Positions 31,110 through 41,453 of a stretch of DNA of 64,000 nt are shown one piece after another. Position 1 is the first letter of the stretch; each line of letters begins with the position of its first letter. The position numbers were made by a program, and so were the translations under genes. Under the pieces are notes generated by a model. It searched no databases. It was not told the DNA's origin and saw only the letters and a list, made by a program, of their open reading frames with translations. Where the stretch lies: assembly GCA_965224085.1 (NCBI GenBank), contig CBDCYI010000004.1, positions 1,504,001-1,568,000 on the forward strand. Direction: 5' to 3'. The DNA is from Candidatus Marinacidobacterales bacterium. GTDB taxonomy: Bacteria > Acidobacteriota > Vicinamibacteria > Marinacidobacterales > SMYC01.

Positions 31110-32460
31110 TCACCGACCCAGGCGCTCGCGCGCATCGGCGGCTTCGGGAAGATCCCAATCCGCGTCGCCCCAGTGCTCGAGAAAACGCTCGAGGTTGCGA
31201 TGGCCTTCTTCCTGTTCGCCAAGATCCATCTGAAGAAGGCCCAGTTCGTAGAGGGTCGCACGTAGAGCACCGGATGATCGGCCCGCTCGAACCCGGGTTT
31301 CGAGTGCCTCGACCGCTTTGGGCTTGTCACCCGACGCCAGATAGGCTTGCACGAGACCGTTCCGGAAGGCGGCACCCGAGCTCGACCAGGTAGCCATGAA
31401 ATCGAAGTATTGGTTTTGCTCGGCGAGGCGCTCGAGGATGAGAAGAGCGCGGGCGGTATCTCTCTCGACAAGGGCCAGCTCGGCTAGAAGCGCGTCGTGA
31501 TGCATCGGGCCAGAGGGTCCGCTGGCGGTCGCTGCCATTTTAGCTTAGCGAGCCTTTCGAGATGCTGCTCGGCTTTCGCTATGTCGCCTCCGAGCCAGAG
31601 AGCGAACCAACCCGAAAAATAGTGACCGCGCGGGCTCGCGGGCTGAAGCGCCAGAGCGCGCTCCATCTCGGCCAAAGCGCCTTCGGAATCCTTCAGACTC
31701 AGGAGCGCGGCAAGCGAAATGATAGCTGTGGCAGGCGCACCGGTTCCCAAGCCCTCTCCTTCCCTGAAGACCGCCGTCGCAGCTGCCTCACGATAGTTTT
31801 CGATGGCCTTTTCGAAACAACCGCGAGTCGCGAAGAAGTGACCCGTTGCGGCCAGCCGTCCCGCCTTCAAGAAACCTTGAAGGTTACTGAGTGGAACCGT
31901 TTCGATCTCTTGTTCCAGGTCCCACCGGGATGCAACCGCCGCCCAAGTCGGCCTCCAAATCAGACCGAAGGGTGTGGCGGGATGCTCGGTGAGACGAAGC
32001 GCCTCGTCGTCGTCGACGTCGTACGCAGCAACGACCGCTCGCGCGTCCTGCAAGGCTTTCTCCACCACCTGAGTCAACGCGACCGGCAGCTCCGCCCGCA
32101 CGTCGGTCAGTGGTGGTGGTTCTGGGTGCAGAACCGCGTCTAGCACTCGGGTGGTCGTGTCTCCGGCAAAGGCGGGTTCCCCGTCGCGTTTTCAAACAGC
32201 AGGCTTCCTAGGGAGAACACATCGCTTCTTCCGTCCACCGCCTCCCCAGTGCCTGCTCCGGAGACATGTGCGCGACCGTGCCCATCACCACCCCCGCATC
32301 GGTCAACCGACCTACGGTCGACGCGTCGCTCGACTCCGATGCCGCCGCAATTTGTTTCGCCAGCCCGAAGTCGAGGATCTTGACGGCGCCCAGCTCCGAG
32401 ATCATCACGTTGGGAGGCTTGAGGTCCCGGTGAATGGACATCTGTTTCCCGAAACCTGAT
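31110..32460 (-). pseudogene. Degraded Ser/Thr kinase-TPR gene (several frameshifts and deletions)
   Basis: [31 protein letters not shown] and TPR-like pieces spread over four ORFs. Confidence 0.8.
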
Positions 32461-32488
32461 ATATTCCCCGCCAATTCGGAGGTCGCGC

Positions 32489-34459
32489 ATGGACAAGAAG
32501 CCACACGTCCCCTATGTACCCGTTTCGACCGACATGGCGGAGCTCACCTTCAAAGCCGTTTTCCTCGGCGTCATCATGGCGGTCGTGCTCGGAGCGGCCA
32601 ACGCCTACTTGGGCATGAAAGCGGGGCTAACGGTCGCGGCGACCTTCCCAGCCGCCGTTGTAGCGATGGCGGCTCTCAGGCCCTTCCGAGGCACGATTCT
32701 CGAAGAGAACATCGCGCGCACCACGGCTTCGGTGGGTGAAGCGCTCGTGGCCGGCGCCATCTTTACCATCCCCGCCTTCGTCATCGCGGGCGCGTGGGAG
32801 GATATTCGCTACTGGGAGAGCACTGCCATCATGTTGATTGGCGGGACGCTTGGTGTTTTCTTTATCATCATTTTGAGACGCACCCTCGTCGTCGAGGCCG
32901 ACCTCCCCTTTCCCGAGAGTGTCGCGGCCGCGGAGATCGTGAAGGCCGGCCAAGGCGGACAAACGGGCGCATCCCTCGTCTTTGGCGCCATGGGGCTCGC
33001 GGGCGTCTGGGAGCTGTTCAAGAACTCGAACGGCATCCAGTTCATCTCGGACAGCGCGAGCCGCTTCGTCTCGTTCGGACGCTCGACGATTCAAGTCGGA
33101 CAAGAACAGATTTCTTATACCGGTGGCTTGCATCTCGCGACACCCGCGGCATCCCCCGCGCTCATGGGTGTCGGCTTCATCGTCGGGATGCGCGTTTCCG
33201 CCATCCTCTTCGCGGGAGCGCTCTTGGGATGGCTCGTGCTGGTCCCACTAGCACTGTTTCTGAATCCGGGATGGAGCAGCCCGCTGGACTCGTCTCTCGC
33301 GGAGCAAGTCTGGCTTCGGCAGATCCGACCGCTCGCGGTCGGCACGATGATCGTCGCGGCCTTCTACACGCTCTACAATCTTCGTACGTCGCTCATCACG
33401 GGCATCCGGAACGCGGTCAAGAACATCGGCGTAACCCCCGATGATGCCGAGGCCGTCGATCGCACCGAGATCGACATCGACTTCAAGAAGACCGCTATCG
33501 GCGTCGGCATTGCCGCCATTGGAACCTTCCTCCTGTATAACTACTTCGCTCAAGCGGTCGGCGGCGCTCTGCTGCTCACCGTCGTGATGGTAATTCTCGG
33601 CTTTCTATTTGCGGCCGTCGCCGGTTATCTCGTCGGGCTCATCGGAAGCTCGAACAATCCGATCTCGGGTCTGACACTGAGCGCGCTCTTGATATCGGCG
33701 GTACTCATGGTGGCAATCGGCTTGACCGACGTCCACGGCGTCGCCGCCGTGCTCGGGGTTGCCGGCGTGGTCTGCTGCGCCGCCGGCATCGCCGGCGACA
33801 TGATGCAAGACCTCAAAGTGGGTCATCTCTTGGGAGGCTCGCCGTGGAAGATGGAGGTCGGCGAGATCATTGGCGTCCTGTTCGCCGCCTTCGTTCTCGC
33901 GTTTCCGCTGATGGCGCTTCACGAGGTCTATACGATCGGCTCCGCCGAGCTTCCGGCGCCGCAGGCCGGTCTCATGGCTTTGATGGCGAACGGCATCGTC
34001 GAGGGCGACATGGCGTGGCCTCTCGTGATCGTGGGCATGTTCCTCGCCATCATGCTGATTTTGATCGGGGCTCCGTCCCCCATGCTAATCGCCGTGGGCA
34101 TGTATCTGCCTTTCGAGTCGACTTCGGCGATCTTCGTGGGCGGTCTCATCAAAGCGCTCCTGGACTGGCGGCTGAGTCGGCAAAATGCGAGCGATGACGA
34201 GCAAGTGCGCGCCGAGAACACGGGGACGCTACTCTCCTCGGGCTTCATCGCTGGAGAATCGTTGATGGCGGTCGTGCTCGCGTTTCTCGTGCTCGGCGCC
34301 GATCGCCTTCCCGCGCTCGCATCGTTGCACCAAAGCATGACCTCGATCGGCTCGGCGAGCTATGGGCCAAGTATCCTCATCTATCCCGTCTTGCTGTACA
34401 TGCTCGTGTGGCTTCCGCTCAAGAAGATGACCGAGGGCCGGAGCACGCAGACGGGCTAG
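32489..34459 (+). CDS. Oligopeptide transporter, OPT family
   Basis: [47 protein letters not shown]. Confidence 0.93.
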   Translation: MDKKPHVPYVPVSTDMAELTFKAVFLGVIMAVVLGAANAYLGMKAGLTVAATFPAAVVAMAALRPFRGTILEENIARTTASVGEALVAGAIFTIPAFVIAGAWEDIRYWESTAIMLIGGTLGVFFIIILRRTLVVEADLPFPESVAAAEIVKAGQGGQTGASLVFGAMGLAGVWELFKNSNGIQFISDSASRFVSFGRSTIQVGQEQISYTGGLHLATPAASPALMGVGFIVGMRVSAILFAGALLGWLVLVPLALFLNPGWSSPLDSSLAEQVWLRQIRPLAVGTMIVAAFYTLYNLRTSLITGIRNAVKNIGVTPDDAEAVDRTEIDIDFKKTAIGVGIAAIGTFLLYNYFAQAVGGALLLTVVMVILGFLFAAVAGYLVGLIGSSNNPISGLTLSALLISAVLMVAIGLTDVHGVAAVLGVAGVVCCAAGIAGDMMQDLKVGHLLGGSPWKMEVGEIIGVLFAAFVLAFPLMALHEVYTIGSAELPAPQAGLMALMANGIVEGDMAWPLVIVGMFLAIMLILIGAPSPMLIAVGMYLPFESTSAIFVGGLIKALLDWRLSRQNASDDEQVRAENTGTLLSSGFIAGESLMAVVLAFLVLGADRLPALASLHQSMTSIGSASYGPSILIYPVLLYMLVWLPLKKMTEGRSTQTG

Positions 34460-34462
34460 ACG

Positions 34463-34816
34463 ATGAACCTTCTCGACCTCACGCCCGTCGCCGCGGCGGA
34501 GTCGGAGGAGCAGGGCGGCGGCATCGTCGTCATCCGTCCACGACCGGCCTATCACGGCCTCCTGACGCCTTTCGACTGGATCGTCTACTTGCTCGCGCCT
34601 CGGCGCCTACGGCTCGACGAGATCGGGAGCTTCTGTTGGCGTCAGCTCGATGGCCGGCGCACGGCGGGCGAAATTGCCGCGGCGCTTCGCGCTGAGTTCG
34701 GAGACTCCGTCGAGCCCGCCGAAGAGCGCGTCGGCCAGTTCATTCGATCTTTGCGCAGAGAGCAGCTCGTGCGCCTGCCCGAGCTCGATACGAAATACCA
34801 AGGAGGCACGCCGTGA
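34463..34816 (+). CDS. PqqD-like (RRE fold) protein
   Basis: LRLDEIGSFCWRQLDGRRTAGEI...F...ERVGQF; follows the OPT gene. Confidence 0.8.
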   Translation: MNLLDLTPVAAAESEEQGGGIVVIRPRPAYHGLLTPFDWIVYLLAPRRLRLDEIGSFCWRQLDGRRTAGEIAAALRAEFGDSVEPAEERVGQFIRSLRREQLVRLPELDTKYQGGTP

Positions 34817-35279
34817 AGAAATGGCTTCTCGGTCTAGTCCTCACCCCCGGATTGGCGCTAGCGCAAGCTGAGCTCGTCGAGCCCGACGCGAACGGGATCA
34901 TCCCCCAACCGCACATAGCGCTCACAAATACTCACGTGGTCGACGTGCGCACCGGGACGGTGCTCGAAAACGCGGTCGTGGTCGTGGTCGTGCGCGACGC
35001 ACGGATCGTTTCTGTGGGACCGGATCCCGCACCCGCGAATGCCATCGTCATGGATCTCGAAGGAAAGTATCTTCTCCCCGGTTTCATGGACGCGCATTGG
35101 GATGGGCGAACGCTCGAGAATCTACGCCGGGCGGTCGAGTCCGGCGTCACCACCATGAAGAGCGCGAGCGTCGGCAAGCTATACCGACGGACACTCAGTA
35201 CGGGCCCCGTAGCGCGACGGTGATTCCACGAGAGATTACGAATTTGGTCGAGCTCGGCATGACGCCTCTTCGAGCGCTC
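34813..35279 (+). pseudogene. Internally deleted amidohydrolase remnant
   Basis: Signal peptide, [19 protein letters not shown], then a frame jump to the C-terminal TDTQYGP...[12 protein letters not shown] segment. Confidence 0.7.
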
Positions 35280-36029
35280 GATATCGTCAACCACTTCTAC
35301 CCGGACGGCGCTTCGGCCTACAACGTCATTGCCGAGATTCCGGGAACGGACAAAGCCGACGAAGTCATCATGCTCGGCGGCCACCTCGATTCGTGGCATT
35401 CCGGGACGGGCGCGACCGACAACGCCATCGGCTGTGCCGTGATGATAGAGGCCGCACGGATTCTCAAAGCCATCGGCGTCGAACCGCGGCGTAGCATCCG
35501 CGTGGCCCTCTGGAGCGGCGAGGAGCAAGGCCTTCTCGGATCGAAGGCCTATGTCGCGGAGCATTTCGGAAACGCTGAGGAGCCTAAGGCCGAGTTCGCG
35601 AATTTCGGCGGCTATTTCAACATCGATTCGGGCACCGGGCGCGCCCGAGGGGCGACCGTGTTCGGTCCTTCGAGCGCGGCCTCGATCTTGCGCGAAGCAC
35701 TCGCTCCTTTCGCCGATCTCGGCGTTGTCGGTGCGACCACGACCACGAGCCGGCGAGTCGGTGGATCGGACCACACGTCTTTCAACGGCGCCGGGCTTCC
35801 CGGGATTGGGATGGGCCAAGACCCTATCGAATATGGATCCCACTCGTGGCACACGAATCTCGACGTTTATGAACGCGTCGTGCCGGGCGACGCGATCAAC
35901 TCGGCGACCGTGATTGCCGCCGCGCTCTACCACTTGGCGATGCGCGACGACTTGCTGCCGCGCTTCTCGAGCGAAGAGATGCCCGAGCCCCCAAAGCCGC
36001 CAGAGGAGCAACGCACGACGCAGCCATAG
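35280..36029 (+). pseudogene. C-terminal catalytic part of an M28 metallopeptidase fused to the amidohydrolase remnant
   Basis: [37 protein letters not shown]; no N-terminus of its own. Confidence 0.75.
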
Positions 36030-36058
36030 AATGCTACAAAAAAAAGAGCGCGTCGATT

Positions 36059-38950
36059 TCAACGGCCGGTAATCGGGACGAATTCGGCGAGCTCTTCGGT
36101 CCAGTTCAGCACGACGCGCAAGCGGTCGATACCGGCGCCCGGAGGGGGCCGCAGAATTAAAAAGCGATCCCCGCCAGGAAAGACATCGTAGGCGGGATTG
36201 CTGCCTGTGGTCGGTGGCGCCGGCGTGTTCAAGATGGTCCGGGAGCTGCCTACAGAAAAGCCCGACGCCGTTTGCACGGGCACGGCTAAAAGCTCTTCGC
36301 CGTGCCGGTAGTAGAGCTCGCGGCCATCGGGGCTCCACACGGGCTCGGTGCCGCCATCGATTGAGACCGCGGTCACCGGTCCAGGTGGCGGATAGGGTCG
36401 CACATAAATCTCGTTCTGTCCGGTCTCGTTCGAGACGTATGCGATGTAGCGGCCGTCGGGCGAGAAAACGGGCGAAAGCTCGTTGGCCGGACTCTCAACG
36501 AACGGTACCGGCTCGCTCCCGTTTTTGACATCGATGACCCAGAGATCTCTTTGACGGACATCTCCAATTTCGTAATACGCGAGTACGCCGTCAGTCGACC
36601 AGGAGACGGGGATGAGCGTACGCCCGGAACCGGTCAGATGCTCGGGCGGCGAGCTCCCATCCGCTGCGACGATGTACAAATCGCCCGTTCCTCCGCGGCG
36701 GCTCATGAAGGCGATACGCGTTCCATCCGGGCTCCATGTCGGGAAGCCCCCGCCTCGGATGGTGAGCTGACGGATCGAGCCAGGCCGGGTCAAGTCGAAG
36801 ATCCAGAGCTCGCGGCTGTCGCGGCCGCCGATATGCACGGCCGCGAGCCGTCCATCCGGCGAGATCCGCGGCCAACCCGGGGAGCCCATCGACACAGGCA
36901 TCACGTCGACGTTCCCTTTCGAATCGATCGCGTCGAGAACGGCGGACGGCGTCCGTTCCATGTAGACGAGCGCGCCCGCCGACGAGGTGGCAAAAGTCGA
37001 CGCTCCGAGAGGATAGGCATGGATGCCTTCGATGAGAGGCACACCCGAGCCGGTCAGGCGAAGACCGGCTGGGTCGAAAGGCGCCACTTCGATAGACCCT
37101 CCCCGAACGTAGACCAGATGCCCAGAGGGTAAATAGGACCCCTGGCTGCCAGGGCCGAGTATCGTGACCGTCCCGGATTCGCGGTCGAGAAGGGCGATCT
37201 GGTCGACAACACCCGTGGCGGACGAGGAGCGCACGGTGAACAATACGGTGCTTTCTCCTGGTAGCCAGCGAGGCCAGAGATGCTCGAGTACGTTCGGCTC
37301 GCCGCCGAGATCCGAGATGTGCGCCGGCTCGCCCCCCGCCGCGGGGACGACCAAGAGCCCTTGGGCGCCGTCCTGGGCGAACACGATCGTGCCATTTTCT
37401 CCCCAGCTCGCCCCACGTGACTGCAAACCGGCTTCAGTCACGATCTCGGCGATACCTCGGCTCACAGCTACTTTCTTCATCGCTCCTTGCGCGAAGAACC
37501 CAATCCATGCTCCGTCCGGCGAGAAAAACGGGTCGCGCGCCTCGTCGCTCCCACGTATCGCCTTCATCTCATAAGCGCCAAGCTCGCGGAGGTAGAGCAT
37601 CGCGTGATTCTCTTTTTCCGCGACGAACGCGAGCCGGGAAGCGTCGGGAGAGAGCGCGAGCGTCGATGAAGCACCCACAAACAGACGTTCCTCGGGTCCA
37701 ACGACGACCGTGCTCCTCGTGAGAGGCCCGCGCGTAACGAATCGACCCCGATCGCCAATCGCTCGAAAAAAAGCCATGCCCGCAAGGAAGGCGGCGAGAG
37801 ACGCCAGCGCGACCCAACGCCCTTTGGTTCCCCGCTCGGCGCGATCGACCGCCGTTCCCTGGCGCGCGAGCTCGGCGATCTCGATCCGCGCATCGCCAAT
37901 GTCCTGCAGCCGCTCGCGAGCGTTTTGCCGCAAACAGCGCTTCATCAATCGCAGCAACGCGCGAGGGGTGTCCGCGGGAAGCAGGCCCCAATCGACTTGG
38001 TCGCGCAAGACCGCGGCAATGGCGTCGGATGGCGTTTGACCGCCAAAAGCACGCCGGCCAGAGAGCATCTCGAAAAGAAGACAGCCGAACGCCCACACGT
38101 CGGTACGTTTGTCGACGCTCTCACCGCGCGCCTGTTCCGGGCTCATGTAACCCGGCGTTCCCAGAACGACCCCCACCCTCGTCGTGGGCGCCGACACGAG
38201 CTCGGTCCGTGTGGTGGCTTCGGCGGCGGCCTCGTCGTGCGTTTTGGCGAGTCCGAAATCGAGAACTTTGATACGGCCCTCATGTGTGATCTTGATGTTC
38301 GACGGCTTCAGGTCGCGATGGATGACCCCTTTGCGATGAGCTTCGCCGACCGCTTCCGCAATTTGCTCGGCGAACTTCAGGAGCTCGAAAAGCTCGAGCG
38401 GTCCGCGGGTGAGACGCTCGGCGAGCGTTGGGCCTTCGACAAGCTCCAAGATCAAGTACCGCTTATCGTCGACACGCAGCAGGTCGTAGATGGAAGCGAT
38501 GTTGGGGTGATTCAAGCTCGCGAGAAGCTTGGCCTCGCGCTCGAAGCGGCGGAGCGTCGAGTTGTCGTCGGCGAAGTCTCGCGACAGCACCTTGATGGCG
38601 ACCTCGCGCTCGAGGTCGGGATCTTTCGCGCGGTAGACACTTCCCATGCCCCCGCGGCCGAGCAGACCGAGGACCGCGTACGGGCCGATGTGGTCTCCTG
38701 GGACGATACTCGCGTCGTCGCCGCCCTGGAGCTCTCGCGCAACTTCTTCCCAGATGGGCCCCTTCATGGCTCCGCTCGGAAAGAGCGAATCCTCTTCGAC
38801 GCTCAGCTCGAGCAGCTTCTCCACTACATCGCGAAGCGCCGCGTCGCCATCGCAGGCTTCGGCCAGAAAGCTTGCACGCTCCTCCGGCGGCTTGTCGAGG
38901 GCCGCATCTAAAAGCGCGTCGACTCGGGAAAATCGCTTGCGATTGATCAC
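36059..38950 (-). CDS. Ser/Thr protein kinase with TM and TolB/PD40 beta-propeller
   Basis: GRGGMG, VAIK, IHRDLKPSN, DFGLAK, YMSPEQ; repeated SPDG motifs; start placed at GTG 38950. Confidence 0.92.
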   Translation of the reverse strand: MINRKRFSRVDALLDAALDKPPEERASFLAEACDGDAALRDVVEKLLELSVEEDSLFPSGAMKGPIWEEVARELQGGDDASIVPGDHIGPYAVLGLLGRGGMGSVYRAKDPDLEREVAIKVLSRDFADDNSTLRRFEREAKLLASLNHPNIASIYDLLRVDDKRYLILELVEGPTLAERLTRGPLELFELLKFAEQIAEAVGEAHRKGVIHRDLKPSNIKITHEGRIKVLDFGLAKTHDEAAAEATTRTELVSAPTTRVGVVLGTPGYMSPEQARGESVDKRTDVWAFGCLLFEMLSGRRAFGGQTPSDAIAAVLRDQVDWGLLPADTPRALLRLMKRCLRQNARERLQDIGDARIEIAELARQGTAVDRAERGTKGRWVALASLAAFLAGMAFFRAIGDRGRFVTRGPLTRSTVVVGPEERLFVGASSTLALSPDASRLAFVAEKENHAMLYLRELGAYEMKAIRGSDEARDPFFSPDGAWIGFFAQGAMKKVAVSRGIAEIVTEAGLQSRGASWGENGTIVFAQDGAQGLLVVPAAGGEPAHISDLGGEPNVLEHLWPRWLPGESTVLFTVRSSSATGVVDQIALLDRESGTVTILGPGSQGSYLPSGHLVYVRGGSIEVAPFDPAGLRLTGSGVPLIEGIHAYPLGASTFATSSAGALVYMERTPSAVLDAIDSKGNVDVMPVSMGSPGWPRISPDGRLAAVHIGGRDSRELWIFDLTRPGSIRQLTIRGGGFPTWSPDGTRIAFMSRRGGTGDLYIVAADGSSPPEHLTGSGRTLIPVSWSTDGVLAYYEIGDVRQRDLWVIDVKNGSEPVPFVESPANELSPVFSPDGRYIAYVSNETGQNEIYVRPYPPPGPVTAVSIDGGTEPVWSPDGRELYYRHGEELLAVPVQTASGFSVGSSRTILNTPAPPTTGSNPAYDVFPGGDRFLILRPPPGAGIDRLRVVLNWTEELAEFVPITGR

Positions 38951-39035
38951 AGGAACCGGTGCGAAGGATATGCGGGAGCGCCGCCAAAAGCAAGATGTCA
39001 GAATACGAGAGGCATTAATTGGGCAGATTGTCGAC

Positions 39036-40325
39036 TCATTTCGCGCACGTGCGGAAACCCGCGACCACATCCGCGCGATCGGGCAGGAAGAAATTTCGAT
39101 AGCTGTTGTTGATGAGGCGCGACCGCGTCGCCCACGCGCCGCCTTTGAGCACTTTGTGATAGCCGAACCACGGAGCCGAGTACTCTCGATAGGGATGATC
39201 GACGAGATAGCCGGGAAAAGGATAGAAGGCCGACGCGGTCCACTCCCAAACGTTCCCGATCATTTGGCGACAGCCATAGGCGCTGTCGGACGCTGGATAG
39301 GCGGCCACGTCCACGGTCCCGAGGTGGCGTGAGTCGAGATTGGCGAGCTCGGCGGAAGGCTCGGTGTCACCCCAAGGATAGCCGCCGCTCACAGCGGCGC
39401 TCGCCGCCATGTCCCACTCGGCTTCGGTCGGCAAGCGGCGGCGCGCCCAACGGCAATAAGCTTCCGCCTCGTACCAGCTCACATGGCATACCGGGGCGTG
39501 AGGCTCAAGGCGCACGTAGCGGTCGAAGTTCCTTCTCAGCCAGCCCCGCTCGTCACGCACCCAGTAATTGGGGTGCGCAGCACCCGTGCTCGAGCGGATG
39601 ACCCACCCCTCGGGGCTCCAAAACTCGCGCTCGGTATAACCACCATCGTCGACGAAGGCGGCGAACGCTTCGTTCGTGACCGGCGCGCGCGCGATGCGAA
39701 ATGCCTGAACTTCGACAGGATGACCCCACTTCTCGTTGTCGAAGAGAAACGATGCGTCTTTGGATGCGCCGAGCTGATGCCGCCCACCGGGAATCTCGAC
39801 GTCGCCGGGTAAATCGCCTTCTTCTCCTGGCGCGGCGGCGGTCGCACGCAGCCGGGGCGCCGGATATTCCAGAGTCTGGCGCGTATAGGTAAGCGCCTCA
39901 CCGTGCATGTCTTCGTGAAGGGTGCAAAGAAGCGCGAGATAAGTCTCCCGAGGGTTCGCTTCGCCGCTCCCCAAGCGTTCAGCGAAGGCCTCGAAGACAT
40001 CGTTCATATAGGCGATCGTCTTCTCCCGCGACGGGAGCGGGAGCGACCAGCGGGTGTCATGAGCGACGTGAAAGGAATCGAACAGCTCGTCGGCGCCGCG
40101 AAGCAGTTGCGGGTCGCGGCCGAGCTCGCGCAAGAAAAAGACTTCGAAGAAAAACGCGATGTGCCCTAGCTCCCAGCGCGGGGGATTCACGTTCGAAATA
40201 TGCGGGACTTCGAGCTGCTCGTCATCGAGGTCGTCTAGGAGCGCTATCGTTCGCGCGCGCGCGTCGCGTGCTTGGTCGATGAGCGTCGCGGCCGGCAAGC
40301 AGTGGTGTTTGTCGGAGAGTGCCAC
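39036..40325 (-). CDS. senA: SenA-like selenoneine synthase (DinB + FGE-sulfatase, EgtB paralogue)
   Basis: VNPPRWELGH, VAHDTRWSLPLP, HEDMHGEALTYTRQTL, PYREYSAPWFG resemble the SenA clade rather than the EgtB at 18661. Confidence 0.7.
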   Translation of the reverse strand: MALSDKHHCLPAATLIDQARDARARTIALLDDLDDEQLEVPHISNVNPPRWELGHIAFFFEVFFLRELGRDPQLLRGADELFDSFHVAHDTRWSLPLPSREKTIAYMNDVFEAFAERLGSGEANPRETYLALLCTLHEDMHGEALTYTRQTLEYPAPRLRATAAAPGEEGDLPGDVEIPGGRHQLGASKDASFLFDNEKWGHPVEVQAFRIARAPVTNEAFAAFVDDGGYTEREFWSPEGWVIRSSTGAAHPNYWVRDERGWLRRNFDRYVRLEPHAPVCHVSWYEAEAYCRWARRRLPTEAEWDMAASAAVSGGYPWGDTEPSAELANLDSRHLGTVDVAAYPASDSAYGCRQMIGNVWEWTASAFYPFPGYLVDHPYREYSAPWFGYHKVLKGGAWATRSRLINNSYRNFFLPDRADVVAGFRTCAK

Positions 40326-40542
40326 ATTGGCAATCTATCAACGATTCCGGGGACGCGCTATTCTTGGCAGTACAATATTGTGGCCAAGACAGCCTCTTAG
40401 AGTTATGACTCCTTATCAACGGCGGTGATTTTCTCGGCTGACGTGACGCTTAGGGTCTGTTAAAGATGGCTCTCCATCTTCGGCCGGATTCTCTCTGCCC
40501 CCTCTCTTGTTTCTGCGTTCAGAACGCTTCAGGTTTACTTGG

Positions 40543-41334
40543 CTAGGGTTTCTGGGCGACGTCGATCTCGCTCGCGAGCTCTCGGAGATGGTTGAGATAG
40601 GCACGGATTTTTTTCTTTTCGGATTCCGGAATGCTATCGAAAGCGAGTCCCACTCCGCGCTCTCCTTCGGTCGATTCCGAGCGGGCCCAGGCCACACGCG
40701 CTTCGGTCGACACGGTCCCTTGGTCGTGAAGCTCGAAGCGTAGCGCGCCGACGTGATCGACTTCCGGCAACGCGTCGCCTTGGAAATAGGCTCCGCCGAC
40801 ACTCAAGTTCGTGAGATAGCCCGACAAGGAGGAGGAGCCCAAGGAGATTTGTGCCTCGATGAGCGTCGGCGCGTAGCGCTCATCGGCGCGCGCATGAACA
40901 TGAGGCGCGTCTAGAGGTGGCGTCGCGTCTTTTTTGTCGACCAGCGTCGCCAACACCAGGAGGAGCTCCGCAGTCGGAATGGGGGCGGAGGCGTAGAACG
41001 GTCTCAAGTCCACGCCGGCGAGCTCGCCGGGGGGCGTCTCATGCTTCGCGAATCGGAAGGCGCCCTTTCGGAGAGAGAGTATTTCGGTCAAGCACGCCAT
41101 TGCCTGCACGCGACGAAAGGCGCGACGGCTCTGAGGCTCGATCTCTCGCGACGCCTTGGCGAGCAACAGACGCGCCGACGAGGACTCGCCACACACGATG
41201 GCGCCCTGGGCGAAGATGATGGTACCGGACGTTTCCGGGCTCTCGACAAAGAGCTCTCCTGTCTGCTTCGAGTAGGCCAACACTTGAAGCACGTCGAGAA
41301 GAGGGACGCGCTCTAACTCGCCACTGACGATCAT
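40543..41334 (-). CDS. DUF4388 + PilZ domain protein
   Basis: SGELERVPLLDVLQVL...TGEL...GAFRF; C-terminal RADERY and NLSVGG. Confidence 0.8.
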   Translation of the reverse strand: MIVSGELERVPLLDVLQVLAYSKQTGELFVESPETSGTIIFAQGAIVCGESSSARLLLAKASREIEPQSRRAFRRVQAMACLTEILSLRKGAFRFAKHETPPGELAGVDLRPFYASAPIPTAELLLVLATLVDKKDATPPLDAPHVHARADERYAPTLIEAQISLGSSSLSGYLTNLSVGGAYFQGDALPEVDHVGALRFELHDQGTVSTEARVAWARSESTEGERGVGLAFDSIPESEKKKIRAYLNHLRELASEIDVAQKP

Positions 41335-41453
41335 GGATTTTGATGGATTCGGAAGGAGCCGTCACCCATTGTCGCACGAATTCCCGGGCCTGTCTTTACG
41401 CTCGGGCTAGACGCTAGTCCCTGTGTTATGTGACGAACTACTGATACAGGGCA

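Noticed and set aside
30971-31471. N-terminal extension of the 488-aa transposase ORF
   Set aside because: It crosses the IS terminal repeat into the kinase pseudogene; the true start is ATG 30970
40430-40540. Minus-strand ACAAGAGAGGGGGCAGAGAG resembling the start of a SAM-I riboswitch
   Set aside because: Downstream conserved SAM-I elements (GCAACC, GTGC) are absent
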